Below are positions 34,241 through 43,644 of a stretch of DNA of 44,678 nucleotides, in pieces. The stretch spans positions 1 to 44,678 of the forward strand of contig CAZWNE010000002.1 of assembly GCA_964635155.1 (NCBI GenBank), read 5' to 3'. Both the position numbers and the translations under genes were made by a program. Position 1 is the first letter of the stretch. Each line of letters begins with the position of its first letter. The stretch comes from an uncultured Candidatus Saccharibacteria bacterium. Lineage in GTDB: Bacteria > Patescibacteriota > Minisyncoccia > Minisyncoccales > CAZWNE01. The notes under the pieces were generated by a model. The model saw only the letters and a program-made list of their open reading frames with translations. It did no database searches and was not told the DNA's origin.

Positions 34241-35821
34241 ATGCTGGAGAAAACAATTTTAATCGGCGGAAAGGCCGGTCAAGGAACGGCCGTCACTTCC
34301 CACTTAGTCGGGAAGGTTTTTTGCCATTTGGGTTATTACGTTTTCAATTACCGAGATTATCCCTCCTTGATTACCGGTGGGCATAATTTTAATATTCTGA
34401 CGATTTCCGATAAGCCCATTTTTTCCCATCGTGAAAAATACGACATTATCGTGGCTTTGGATCAAAAAACAATTGATTTGCACAAGAAGAACTTAAATAA
34501 AGGTGGCCTGATTTTGAGTGATAAAAATCTGAAAGCCATTGCTGGAAATAATATTTTATTAGGACGCTTTTTCAAATCTTTGGGAGTAAATAAAAATATC
34601 GTCCTTAAAGTTTTCGAAGAAGTATTTAAAGATAAAGCAGAACCGATTAAAAAATCATTTGAAGAGGGATATGATTCGGTTGATGTCAAAGAAAAACTGG
34701 CAAGGGCAGGGGAAGAAAGATATTTCATTTCAGGCAACGAAGCCATTTGTTTGGGGGCCATAGCCGCGGGAATGGATATTTATTTTGCTTATCCCATAAC
34801 TCCAGCAACTTCCATCCTGACCTTTTTTACGAAAAACCAATCAAAATACGATATCTTAGCTTTGCAATTAGAAAATGAAATCGGGGTGATAATTTCCGCT
34901 TTGGGCGCTTCTTTTGCCGGGGCCAAGACCATGGTGGGCACATCGGGTGCCGGTTTTGCTTTAATGACCGAGGCCTTAAGTTTATCAGGTATGGCCGAGA
35001 TTCCGGTGGTAATTTATTTTGGCCAAAGAACCGCGCCTTCCACCGGCGTCCCGACTTATACGGGCCAGGGTGATTTAAAGTTCGCTTTAAACCCAGGACA
35101 CGGCGAATTCCCGAGATTAGTAGTGGCTCCCGGAGACCCCCAGGAAGCGATTTTAAGAACCCAGGAAGCGTTTTATCTTTCGGCAAAATACCGGCTGCCA
35201 GCTATTATTTTAGGAGACAAGCATTTAAGCGAATCAGGTTATAGCTTTGATATTTTGAAAGAATCTTCTTTGGCTAATCCAAGATTTATTTTGGGAAAAA
35301 TTCCGCTTGATTACAAAAGTTATAAAATCACTAAAAATGGAATTTCACCGCGGCTGGTCCCAGGGCAAGGCCCAGTTGTTCGCGCTAACAGTTATGAGCA
35401 CAATGAAATGGGAAACACTGTTGAATCGCCAGAGTGGATTATCAAAATGAACGACAAAAGAATTAGGAAGCAGGCCGAGCTCGGAAAGGAAATTAAAAAA
35501 TTAAATCCGATTTCTGTTTACGGAAAGGGCAATAATTTAATTGTCAGCTGGGGGTCTACCAAGGGTGCTATTATTGACGCTTTGCCTAAATTAAAAAATT
35601 TCAGATTTTTGCAGATTTCTTATTTAAAGCCATTCCCGAAAGAAGAGGTTTTAAAAGAAATTAAAAAATCCCCCAAAGTCATTTTAGCGGAAAACAATTC
35701 CACCGGATTGCTTGGCGATATTATTGCCGAACAGACGGGTTTTATTATAAAAAATAAAATATTGAAATACGATGCCCGACCTTTTACCGCGGAATACATA
35801 ATAAGGGCGATGAAGCAGTAG
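34241..35821 (+). CDS. 2-oxoacid:ferredoxin oxidoreductase, fused gamma-alpha subunit
   Basis: The N-terminal IGGKAGQGTAV is gamma-type. It is followed by ISGNEAICLGAIAAG...AYPITPAT, which is alpha-type. Confidence 0.85.
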   Translation: MLEKTILIGGKAGQGTAVTSHLVGKVFCHLGYYVFNYRDYPSLITGGHNFNILTISDKPIFSHREKYDIIVALDQKTIDLHKKNLNKGGLILSDKNLKAIAGNNILLGRFFKSLGVNKNIVLKVFEEVFKDKAEPIKKSFEEGYDSVDVKEKLARAGEERYFISGNEAICLGAIAAGMDIYFAYPITPATSILTFFTKNQSKYDILALQLENEIGVIISALGASFAGAKTMVGTSGAGFALMTEALSLSGMAEIPVVIYFGQRTAPSTGVPTYTGQGDLKFALNPGHGEFPRLVVAPGDPQEAILRTQEAFYLSAKYRLPAIILGDKHLSESGYSFDILKESSLANPRFILGKIPLDYKSYKITKNGISPRLVPGQGPVVRANSYEHNEMGNTVESPEWIIKMNDKRIRKQAELGKEIKKLNPISVYGKGNNLIVSWGSTKGAIIDALPKLKNFRFLQISYLKPFPKEEVLKEIKKSPKVILAENNSTGLLGDIIAEQTGFIIKNKILKYDARPFTAEYIIRAMKQ

Positions 35822-35840
35822 CTTCATCTTCAACTTCATT
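35809..35840 (+). terminator. Hairpin terminator GATGAAGC-AGTA-GCTTCATC
   Basis: 8-bp stem overlapping the stop codon, with downstream TTCAACTTCATTTTTT. Confidence 0.5.
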
Positions 35841-35875
35841 TTTTATTCTAAAAAATTCGTTATTTAATTAATTCT

Positions 35876-36712
35876 ATGGAACCGCAGGATTTAAACACAA
35901 AAGAAGAAAATACTTGGTGCCCGGGCTGCCCTAATTTTGTCATTTTAGAAACTACAAAAAAAGCCCTGGCCGAGTTGGCGAACGAGGGAAAGATTAGCAT
36001 TCAAAATACTGCTGTTGTCACGGGCATAGGATGCCATGCTAAGACATTTGATTATCTTGATATAAGCAGCTTTTACGGCATTCACGGCCGGGTTTTGCCC
36101 ACGGCTTTGGGAATTAAACTGGGCAATCCTAATTTAACAGTTTTGGGTTTTGGCGGAGACGGCGATACCTATGCCGAAGGCCTCGACCATTTTATCCATA
36201 ACTGCCGGTACAATGTGGACATTAAAATGTTTGTCCACAATAATCAGGTTTTTGCTTTGACCGTAGGCCAGCCCACTCCGACAACGCAAGAAGGTTTTCT
36301 AAAACCCTTAAATCCTATTGCCCTGGCTTTAATATCAGAAGCCAGTTTCGTGGCCCGGGCGTATGCCTTAGATATGGAACATCTGAAAAATATCATGAAA
36401 GAAGCGATTCTACACAAAGGATTTGCCTTCGTGGATATTCTGCAGCCCTGCATTATTTTTCACGACACCATTCCTTATTTTAAAAAGAACGTTTATAAAT
36501 TAGATGAGACCCACGATACTGCTGATTTTAATGTGGCTTTGGCAAAAGCCCAGGAGTGGGATTATTGTTTTGACAAAGACCAAAAAATTCCCATAGGCAT
36601 TTTTTATAAAAAAGAAAGGCCCTTGTTCAAAGGGCAATCTTCCCAAGATAAACCTTGGTATACTATTAAAAGAAAAGTTGCCTGGCCGAAAATAACAGGC
36701 GACTTCCGCTAA
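35876..36712 (+). CDS. 2-oxoacid:ferredoxin oxidoreductase beta (TPP-binding) subunit
   Basis: WCPGCPNF and GGDGDTYAEG TPP motifs. Confidence 0.85.
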   Translation: MEPQDLNTKEENTWCPGCPNFVILETTKKALAELANEGKISIQNTAVVTGIGCHAKTFDYLDISSFYGIHGRVLPTALGIKLGNPNLTVLGFGGDGDTYAEGLDHFIHNCRYNVDIKMFVHNNQVFALTVGQPTPTTQEGFLKPLNPIALALISEASFVARAYALDMEHLKNIMKEAILHKGFAFVDILQPCIIFHDTIPYFKKNVYKLDETHDTADFNVALAKAQEWDYCFDKDQKIPIGIFYKKERPLFKGQSSQDKPWYTIKRKVAWPKITGDFR

Positions 36713-37968
36713 ACTCTTTCTATTTTTGCTCCCAAAGAGCGCAATTTTTCATCAAGCTTTTCATAGCCCCGGTCAATCTGGGAAATGTTTTCAATTTGAG
36801 TTTGTCCTTTGGCGATAAGGCCGGCTAAAATAAGAGCCGCGCCAGACCGAATGTCGTTGGAGTTTATTTTATTTCCCGTTAACTCGGTTTTCCCGAAAAT
36901 CAAAGCCCGGTGGGGATCGGTAATTTCAATATCAGCCCCCATTTTTCTTAATTCATGCAAATGTTGAAACCGGTTTTCATAAAGAGGGTCGTGAACCAAG
37001 CTTTTGCCTTGAGCTTGGGTCAACAAAACCGAGACAGCCGGCTGCAAATCGGTCGGGAAGCCCGGGTAAGGCAGGACCTGGATTTTTGTTGCGCGAAAAT
37101 CTTTTGACGGATTTATTAAAATCTCATTTTCTTTTAATTCAAAATTTACTCCCATTTCTTTCATATCTTCAAAAAACATCGTCAGATGTTCAGGGACGAC
37201 GTTTTTAATTTTCCCTTTTCCGCCCGTCAGGGCAAAAGCGATAAAAAAAGTACCTATTTCCAGGGGGTCTGGCGAAATCTTAAATTCCGTTCCCGATAAT
37301 TTTTCTTTGCCCTCAATTTCAATGGTATGGGTGCCGATGCCTTGGATATTAACCCCCATTTTTTCCAGCATTCTGCCTAAATCCTGGACTTGGGGTTCTT
37401 CGGCTGCAATTTCAATTCTGGTTTTTCCTTTAGCTAAACTCGCCACCATCATTGATATTTCCGTGGCGGTAACGGAAAACTCTTTTAAAACGATATTTTT
37501 CCCTTCCAAGATTTCCGGCGTTTCAAAGCAATAAAACCCGTTTTCTTCCAAGACCTTTATCCCGAAATTTTTCAAGGCATTTAAATGAGTGTTAATCGGC
37601 CTTAAGCCAATTTTGTCGCCGCCCGGATGGGGCACTTTGAATTTTTTGAATTTTGCCAAGAGTGGCCCTATCAGTAAAACCGAAACCCTCATTTTTTCAA
37701 AGAGGTCGGTTGGGATTTTTTCCGGGTTGATGTTTTTGGGGTCAATTTTAACCCGTCTCTCGTTCAACCATTCGATTTCCGCTCCCATTTGCTTTAAAAT
37801 TTCAATCTGGTCTAAGACATCGGAGACTTGTGGAAGATTATCAATAATAGAAGGTTCTTCCGAAAGCAAAACCGCAGCCAAACAGGCTCCGGCTGAATTT
37901 TTATATCCGGAAATCTCCACTTCTCCTGAAAGCGGAACGCCGCCTTGAATTATAAATTTGTCTGTCAT
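36709..37968 (-). CDS. murA: UDP-N-acetylglucosamine 1-carboxyvinyltransferase
   Basis: F.I.GG.PLSGEV.ISG.KN...LAA.LL. The active-site loop has GGDKIG, i.e. Asp in place of the usual Cys. Confidence 0.95.
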   Translation of the reverse strand: MTDKFIIQGGVPLSGEVEISGYKNSAGACLAAVLLSEEPSIIDNLPQVSDVLDQIEILKQMGAEIEWLNERRVKIDPKNINPEKIPTDLFEKMRVSVLLIGPLLAKFKKFKVPHPGGDKIGLRPINTHLNALKNFGIKVLEENGFYCFETPEILEGKNIVLKEFSVTATEISMMVASLAKGKTRIEIAAEEPQVQDLGRMLEKMGVNIQGIGTHTIEIEGKEKLSGTEFKISPDPLEIGTFFIAFALTGGKGKIKNVVPEHLTMFFEDMKEMGVNFELKENEILINPSKDFRATKIQVLPYPGFPTDLQPAVSVLLTQAQGKSLVHDPLYENRFQHLHELRKMGADIEITDPHRALIFGKTELTGNKINSNDIRSGAALILAGLIAKGQTQIENISQIDRGYEKLDEKLRSLGAKIERV

Positions 37969-38084
37969 CTCCTTGTTTTTAAGTCAATTTTAGTTTATTC
38001 TAAAAAATAGACTATGTCAAAAATCAAGCTTTTGCGAAACAAAGGCGCAGATAAAGATGAGATTTATCTCATCGCCTATTACAT

Positions 38085-39089
38085 ATGTCGATAAAGTCTA
38101 AAAAAATTGTTTGTTTGGGTGGCGGAACCGGCCTTTCGGTTGTTTTAAGTGGCCTTAAAAAGCACCCGTTCGATTTGGCAGCGGTTGTGACGATGTTCGA
38201 TAACGGGGGGTCCAGCGGCAAGTTAAGAAAAGAATTGGGGGTTTTGCCGCCCGGAGACCTTCGGCAGTGTTTGACTTCTCTTTCTCCCGAGAAAGATTTA
38301 GCGTCTTTTTTTAATTATCGTTTTAAAAATGGGACGTTGAAAGGCCACAGTCTTGGCAATCTCTTGATTGCTGCCGCCGAGCAGGCGACAGGGAATATAG
38401 AAGAAGCTTTGGGGAAAATCGCGATTTTGCTAAAAGTGAAAGAAAAAATAATTCCTGCTACCCTGGATAAGGCGGAAATAAGGATAATTTTAAATAACGG
38501 CAAGGAAATAATCGGCGAAGAAGAAATTATCAATTATCCGATAAGCTCTTTTGGAGTAAAAAAGATTTATTTGAAACCAGCGGCTAAAGCCAATCCCAAG
38601 GCGATTTTGGCGATAAAAGAGGCGGATTTGCTTGTTATCGGCCCGGGCAAATTTTATACAAGCATTATCCCTATTCTTTTGGCCAAGGGAATTAAAGGGG
38701 CTATTTTAAGGTCTTCGGCAAAAAAGATTTTTATTTGCAATTTAACTACTCAATCGGGAAATACGGATGGTTTTAAGGTGGAGGATTTTACTTTAAAGCT
38801 GGAAGAATGTCTCGGTAAAAATATAATTGATTACGTTATTTTTAATACCGGAGGATTGGCGAAGGATTTAATAAGGGAAGTGCAAAAAGTTTTCCCCGGA
38901 GCGGAAATTGTCCAATACGGCCCAGAGCTGTTAAAAGATAAAAAATTTATCGGGACTGATCTTTTAGACAGACAAATAAAAAAACAAAATCCGGCCGACA
39001 TTCTCGTTAAAGGAGCCAATAAAAGGACCATGCTTTTTCACGATGCCGATAAATTAGCCAAAATAATTTTAAATTTATGCAAGCTGTAA
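38085..39089 (+). CDS. yvcK: YvcK/CofD-family gluconeogenesis factor-like protein
   Basis: [18 protein letters not shown]...[15 protein letters not shown]. Confidence 0.85.
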   Translation: MSIKSKKIVCLGGGTGLSVVLSGLKKHPFDLAAVVTMFDNGGSSGKLRKELGVLPPGDLRQCLTSLSPEKDLASFFNYRFKNGTLKGHSLGNLLIAAAEQATGNIEEALGKIAILLKVKEKIIPATLDKAEIRIILNNGKEIIGEEEIINYPISSFGVKKIYLKPAAKANPKAILAIKEADLLVIGPGKFYTSIIPILLAKGIKGAILRSSAKKIFICNLTTQSGNTDGFKVEDFTLKLEECLGKNIIDYVIFNTGGLAKDLIREVQKVFPGAEIVQYGPELLKDKKFIGTDLLDRQIKKQNPADILVKGANKRTMLFHDADKLAKIILNLCKL

Positions 39090-40282
39090 TTTTAGCCGCC
39101 GGAGAATCATCCCGTTTTTGGCCGTTGAATCAAAAGAATAAATCCCTTGTCAAAATAATGGGCAAGCCTTTAATTTGGTATACGATTGAAAGCTTGCGAA
39201 AAGTTGGCATAGATGATTTTATTATTGTCCAGGGATTTAAAAAAGACATTGAAGAAGAGCTCAAAAATTACGATTTAGGGATAAAAATTAAATATGTCCA
39301 GGCCGAGGCCAAGGGTATGGGACATGCGGTTTTTGTCGCTAAAAATTATCTAACTGATCAATTCTTTGTTCTAGATGCGGCTAGATTTGACGGAGGCGAT
39401 TTTATAAAAATAATGCTGGAAAAACATAAAACATCCAAAGCAAATATAGTTTTACTCGGAACCGTTACGGATCATCCCCAACGTTATGGAATATTGGATT
39501 TGAACGAAGATAAAGCCAATAATTTAGTTGAAAAGCCCGAAAAAGGCAAAGAGCCGTCAAACATAAGAGTTGTCGGAATCTATTTATTGCCGAAAAGTTT
39601 TCTCGATTATTATGAAAAAGTTCCCGAGCATATGTATGCTTTTGAAAATGCCCTTTCTTACTGTATGAGAGAAATGGAAGTCAGGGTGATTATAACGGAA
39701 AAAGAAACGCCTTCGCTGAAATATCCCTGGGATCTGTTTTTAATAAATAAATTTTTAATGGATAAATATATCGGAAATAAGACGCAGAGCGGTGAAAACG
39801 TCAAAATTTTTGAAAATGCGGTTATTAAAGGACCTTGTTATATTGGCGACAATTGCGTCATTGGCAATAATGCGTTGATTCGCGAATATTCAAATTTGGA
39901 AAATAACTGCGTTATCGGAGCCAATGCTGAAATCACAAGATGTATTTTTCAGGATGATGTTCATATCCATTCCGGTTATTTTGGCGATTCAATTTTCGGG
40001 AAGGGGTGCCGCGTGGGAGCTGGAACTGTGACGGCCAATGTCAGGATAGACAGGGGAGAAATCAAATCCCTAGTCAAAGGAGAAAAAATTGGAACTGGCC
40101 TTGATTCCCTGGGAGTGATTTGCGGAGAAAATACGAAAATAGGGATTAATTGCTCTCTGATGCCCGGAGTTTTGATTGGGTCTAACTGCCTGATTTGGCC
40201 GCATTCTTTCGTCAGAGAAAATATCGAAGATGACAGCACTTTTTACACGGAATTAAAGGGGGTAAAGAAAGTGGATAACTGA
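39077..40282 (+). CDS. Sugar-phosphate nucleotidyltransferase with a C-terminal left-handed beta-helix (GlmU-like, archaeal type)
   Basis: [17 protein letters not shown] and C-terminal hexapeptide repeats ([23 protein letters not shown]). Confidence 0.8.
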   Translation: MQAVILAAGESSRFWPLNQKNKSLVKIMGKPLIWYTIESLRKVGIDDFIIVQGFKKDIEEELKNYDLGIKIKYVQAEAKGMGHAVFVAKNYLTDQFFVLDAARFDGGDFIKIMLEKHKTSKANIVLLGTVTDHPQRYGILDLNEDKANNLVEKPEKGKEPSNIRVVGIYLLPKSFLDYYEKVPEHMYAFENALSYCMREMEVRVIITEKETPSLKYPWDLFLINKFLMDKYIGNKTQSGENVKIFENAVIKGPCYIGDNCVIGNNALIREYSNLENNCVIGANAEITRCIFQDDVHIHSGYFGDSIFGKGCRVGAGTVTANVRIDRGEIKSLVKGEKIGTGLDSLGVICGENTKIGINCSLMPGVLIGSNCLIWPHSFVRENIEDDSTFYTELKGVKKVDN

Positions 40283-40283
40283 T

Positions 40284-40311
40284 TTGACATCTTTTTTTCT
40301 TTTGCTAATAT
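40284..40311 (+). promoter_or_regulatory. Sigma70-type promoter (TTGACA-N16-TAATAT)
   Basis: Read directly. It starts 2 nt after the preceding stop codon. Confidence 0.55.
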
Positions 40312-40317
40312 AGAAAT

Positions 40318-40455
40318 AGACAGCTAGAGGGTTCTCCTTTTTCGCAGTGGTGTGGGGTGGCGCTAAGAGATGTCTTGGCTGGCACTTCTCTTGGTGCCGC
40401 CCTCACCAAATAGTTCTTCAAGACTCCATTCTTATATGGAGTCTCGTCATTTTTA
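40318..40455 (+). ncRNA. Candidate structured small RNA of unknown class
   Basis: It lies between a promoter and a hairpin plus U-run. A GC-rich imperfect ~59-nt hairpin spans 40349-40407 (GGUGUGGGGUGGCGC...GGUGCCGCCCUCACC, with inner AAGAGA/UCUCUU). An 8-bp hairpin spans 40422-40443, followed by UUUUU at 40450. Confidence 0.4.
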
Positions 40456-40512
40456 AGGCCATTTATTTTCTAATGTGACTGAATGCAAAACTACCAAAAA
40501 GAAACTTTCCTA

Positions 40513-40540
40513 TTGACATAACAACTGGTTTTGGTAATCT
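40513..40540 (+). promoter_or_regulatory. Sigma70-type promoter (TTGACA-N16-TAATCT) for the tsaC leader
   Basis: Read directly. Confidence 0.45.
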
Positions 40541-40757
40541 ATCTAAATATCGTTGAAAGGAGGTGATGTTATTTGATTTGAATAAGCTCTTTCCGATTTT
40601 TTGAAAAGGGATTGCTTATCAGCAACCCTGGGCGATAACGCCCATTTGTGCCGTAGGTGCGACGACCTTTGTGTCGTCGCCCTCGGCCTTTCTTCTAGAA
40701 GCTCCAATGGAGTTTTTCTTTTTTTTACTATGGAGCCTTCGTGTTAAAATAGAGACA

Positions 40758-41291
40758 ATGGAAATTGATTTAGTTGTTAAAGCGATCAAGGGCGGCAAAG
40801 TGGTTTTAGCGCCGACCGACACGGTTTACGGCTTGATTTGCGACGCCACCAACAAAAAAGCGGTGGAAAAAATTTTTAAAATTAAAAAAAGGCCTAAAAA
40901 TAAGCCGGTGCCAGTTTTTGTTAGTGATATTGAAATGGCCAAAAAAATTGCCGAGATTGACGCCAAGCAGGAAAAATTTTTAAAAACGGTTTGGCCGGGA
41001 GCCACAACCTGTGTTTTGACGGTCAAGGGAGGCGGCGGCACCATTGGCATCAGAATTCCTAAAAATAATTCGTTGCTTAACCTGGTTAAGCAACTGGGCG
41101 GGCCTTTAGCCGAAACATCCGCCAATATATCGGGCAATCCGGCATCTACAAAAATAAATGAAGTGCTGGCGCAATTTGAAGGCCAGGAAGAACAGCCGGA
41201 TTTGGTGATTGACGGAGGCGACTTGCCGCCGGCTAAACCGTCAACTGTTATAGATTTAAGGTTTTCTTCCCTAAAAATTTTACGACAATGA
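40758..41291 (+). CDS. tsaC: L-threonylcarbamoyladenylate synthase (YrdC/Sua5 family)
   Basis: GGKVVLAPTDTVYGLICDA, IKKRPKNKP and SANISG. The ATG at 40758 is preferred over the GTG at 40671. Confidence 0.85.
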   Translation: MEIDLVVKAIKGGKVVLAPTDTVYGLICDATNKKAVEKIFKIKKRPKNKPVPVFVSDIEMAKKIAEIDAKQEKFLKTVWPGATTCVLTVKGGGGTIGIRIPKNNSLLNLVKQLGGPLAETSANISGNPASTKINEVLAQFEGQEEQPDLVIDGGDLPPAKPSTVIDLRFSSLKILRQ

Positions 41292-42319
41292 TAATACTCG
41301 GTATCGACACTTCGTGCGACGACACTTGCGTTGCCGTATTGGAAATTAAAAATGGCAAATTGAAAATTGAGAGCAATATTGTTTCTTCGCAGGTAAAACT
41401 GCACGCAAAATACGGGGGCGTTTACCCCATGTTAGCTAAACGGGAACACCAGAGAAACTTGCCCGTAGTTTTGCGCCGGGCGACAAAAAATATAGATATT
41501 TTAAAAATTGACGAAATTGCCGTGACGGTTGGGCCGGGGCTTGAGCCTTGTTTGTGGCAGGGAATAAATTTTGCCAAAGAACTGGCCGAAAAATTAAAAA
41601 AACCCTTAATTCCCGTTAATCATATTGAAGCCCACATTTTAGCCAATTGGTTAAATACAAAATGCAAAATACAAAATACATTTCCCGCTATTTGTTTAGT
41701 GGTGTCGGGCGGGCATACGCAGTTGATTTTAATGAAAGGAATCGGGAAATATCGATTAATCGGAGAAACGAGAGACGATGCGGCGGGCGAATGTTTTGAT
41801 AAAACCGCCAGAATATTAGGATTAGGTTATCCCGGTGGTCCTGTTATCGCGACTGAAGCCGCCAAAAATATCGGAGGACAGTCGTCCGTTAAACTGCCTA
41901 GACCAATGATAAATACAAGGGACTACGATTTTAGTTTTTCGGGATTAAAAACAGCGGTGCTCTATAAGGTGCAAAGCGAAAAACGAAAAGCAAAAAATAA
42001 AGAATTTATTAATGCAATGTGCGCGGAAATTCAGCAGGCGATTATCGATGTGCTAATCCGTAAAACTTTAAAAGCGGCAAAGGATTTCAAGGCAAAATCA
42101 ATTATAATTGGCGGCGGAGTCGCGGCGAACAATGAACTGCGTTTGCAGTTTAAAGAAAAAATTCGGAAAGAGACACCAGATACAAAATGCATAATACCGG
42201 ATACAAAGTACTGCACCGATAACGCGGGGATGATTGCCGTTACAGCTTATTTCCACCGAAAAAAGGCAGTAAAAAACTTTCAAAAAATCAAAGCAGATGG
42301 TAATCTGAAGATATGCTAA
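41288..42319 (+). CDS. tsaD: tRNA N6-adenosine threonylcarbamoyltransferase
   Basis: ILGIDTSCDDT, HIEAHI, VSGGHT and GYPGGP. Confidence 0.95.
   Translation: MIILGIDTSCDDTCVAVLEIKNGKLKIESNIVSSQVKLHAKYGGVYPMLAKREHQRNLPVVLRRATKNIDILKIDEIAVTVGPGLEPCLWQGINFAKELAEKLKKPLIPVNHIEAHILANWLNTKCKIQNTFPAICLVVSGGHTQLILMKGIGKYRLIGETRDDAAGECFDKTARILGLGYPGGPVIATEAAKNIGGQSSVKLPRPMINTRDYDFSFSGLKTAVLYKVQSEKRKAKNKEFINAMCAEIQQAIIDVLIRKTLKAAKDFKAKSIIIGGGVAANNELRLQFKEKIRKETPDTKCIIPDTKYCTDNAGMIAVTAYFHRKKAVKNFQKIKADGNLKIC
41342..41369. repeat. 4 x degenerate heptamer block (AAAATTG-like) in frame within tsaD
   Basis: GAAATTA AAAATGG CAAATTG AAAATTG. This is the complement of the unit seen in leuS at 30694. Confidence 0.6.
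41658..41680. repeat. 3 x heptamer tandem repeat (CAAAATR) in frame within tsaD
   Basis: CAAAATG CAAAATA CAAAATA CA. It encodes NTKCKIQNT, between HIEAHILANWL and the FPAICLVVSGGHT motif. Confidence 0.75.
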
Positions 42320-43638
42320 AACAAAGCGACTATGAAATTTACGAACTCATTGGAGCTGAAAAACAGAGGCGGCGAGAGGGTTTGGAAATGATTCCGTCAG
42401 AGAATCATACTTCACCGGCAGTCTTAGAGGCCTTGGGTTCGATTTTGACCGATAAATACGCCGAAGGGTATCCGGGCAAAAGATATTACGGCGGCAACCA
42501 AGTTATTGACCGTGTTGAAAATTTAGCTATTGCGAGAGCGAAACAGGCTTTCCTCGTGCCTTATGCCAACGTCCAACCTTATTCTGGCAGTCCGGCAAAC
42601 TTCGCCGTCTATGTAGCTGTCTGCGAGAATGGCGACACGGTTATGGGGCAGGATTTATCCCATGGCGGCCATCTTACTCACGGAGCCAAAGCAAGCGCGA
42701 CTTCCCGTTTTTTCAACAGCGTGCCCTACCACGTGACTCCAGAGGGGAGAATTGATTTGGAGGAAGTCAGAAGATTGGCCAGAGAAAAAAAGCCGAAACT
42801 AATGTGGGTGGGAGCGACGGCTTATCCGAGGCCGCTTCCTTTCAAAGAAATAGCGGAAATCGCCGATGAAGTCGGCGCGTACTTGGCGGCTGACATTGCT
42901 CATGTTGCCGGTCTGGTTGTTGGAGGGGCTCATGAAAGCCCGGTTCCTTTTGTCCACATTGTCACGACCACCACTCATAAAACTTTACGCGGCCCCAGAG
43001 GAGGGATAATTATGGTGACGGAAAAGGGGTTGAAAAAAGACGCGGATCTTGCTTTAAAAATAGACAAAGCCGTTTTTCCGGGTTTGCAGGGCGGCCCCCA
43101 CGAGCACCAGATTGCGGCAATTGCCGTTGCCTTAAAAGAGGCGATGCAGCCCGAATTTAAGAAATATGCTAGCCAAATTATCAAAAACGCCAAAGCGCTG
43201 GCAAAAGAACTAATGGCTCAAGGGGCAAAATTAGTGTCGAATGGCACAGAAAACCACCTGCTTTTAATTGATTTGACGCCGCAGGGCTCGGGCAAGGGAA
43301 TTTTTCTTGAAAGAGCTTTGGACGAATCGGGCATTACTTTAAATAAAAACACCATTCCCGGAGAGCCGTCTTCTCCTTTTTATCCGAGCGGTGTTCGTCT
43401 TGGAACTCCGGCAATTACGACAAGAGGCATGGAAGAAAAAGAAATGAAAATGATTGCCGGTTGGCTAACCGAGGTTATAAACATTATCAAGCCTTATCAA
43501 TTGCCCGAAGGCAAAGAGGAAAGGCAAGCGTATTTAAAAAAATTTCAAAAGGAAACGATTGAAAACGAAGCCATAAGAAAGATTAAGCAGCAAGTTTTTG
43601 ACTTCAGTAAAAAATTCCCCATTCCGGCGATTGATTAA
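42313..43638 (+). CDS. glyA: Serine hydroxymethyltransferase
   Basis: LEMIPSENHTSPAV, and the TTTTHKTLRGPRGG PLP-lysine region. Confidence 0.95.
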   Translation: MLKQSDYEIYELIGAEKQRRREGLEMIPSENHTSPAVLEALGSILTDKYAEGYPGKRYYGGNQVIDRVENLAIARAKQAFLVPYANVQPYSGSPANFAVYVAVCENGDTVMGQDLSHGGHLTHGAKASATSRFFNSVPYHVTPEGRIDLEEVRRLAREKKPKLMWVGATAYPRPLPFKEIAEIADEVGAYLAADIAHVAGLVVGGAHESPVPFVHIVTTTTHKTLRGPRGGIIMVTEKGLKKDADLALKIDKAVFPGLQGGPHEHQIAAIAVALKEAMQPEFKKYASQIIKNAKALAKELMAQGAKLVSNGTENHLLLIDLTPQGSGKGIFLERALDESGITLNKNTIPGEPSSPFYPSGVRLGTPAITTRGMEEKEMKMIAGWLTEVINIIKPYQLPEGKEERQAYLKKFQKETIENEAIRKIKQQVFDFSKKFPIPAID

Positions 43639-43644
43639 ATTGAA

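Noticed and set aside
37589-37948. 119-aa plus-strand ORF (also 37307-37534)
   Set aside because: It is antisense to murA. It is a shadow ORF.
38025-38105. 26-codon ORF ([26 protein letters not shown]) and an AGATAAA/TTTATCT hairpin upstream of yvcK
   Set aside because: It has no SD and no promoter consensus. It is short and AT-rich and overlaps the yvcK start out of frame. It is indistinguishable from chance.
40671-40757. GTG-start N-terminal extension of tsaC (MSSPSAFLLEAPMEFFFFLLWSLRVKIET)
   Set aside because: The extension is translated from leader hairpins and the U-tract. YrdC/Sua5 homology begins at MEIDLVVKAIKGGKVV (ATG at 40758).
40318-40757. Tried to assign the tsaC-upstream RNAs to SRP RNA, RNase P RNA, 6S RNA, or the ZTP, THF, glycine or ykkC/guanidine riboswitches
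   Set aside because: Only short chance resemblances were found (for example CUAGAGGGUUCUCC versus the ykkC CUAGGGUUCCG, and GCUAAGAG versus the RNase P GGUAAGAG). The other obligatory conserved motifs of each class are absent. The regions are left as unclassified candidates.
40826-41404. 192-aa minus-strand ORF
   Set aside because: It is antisense to well-supported tsaC/tsaD. The sequence is low-complexity (FQFAIFNFQ arises from the heptamer block) and has no motif. It is a shadow ORF.
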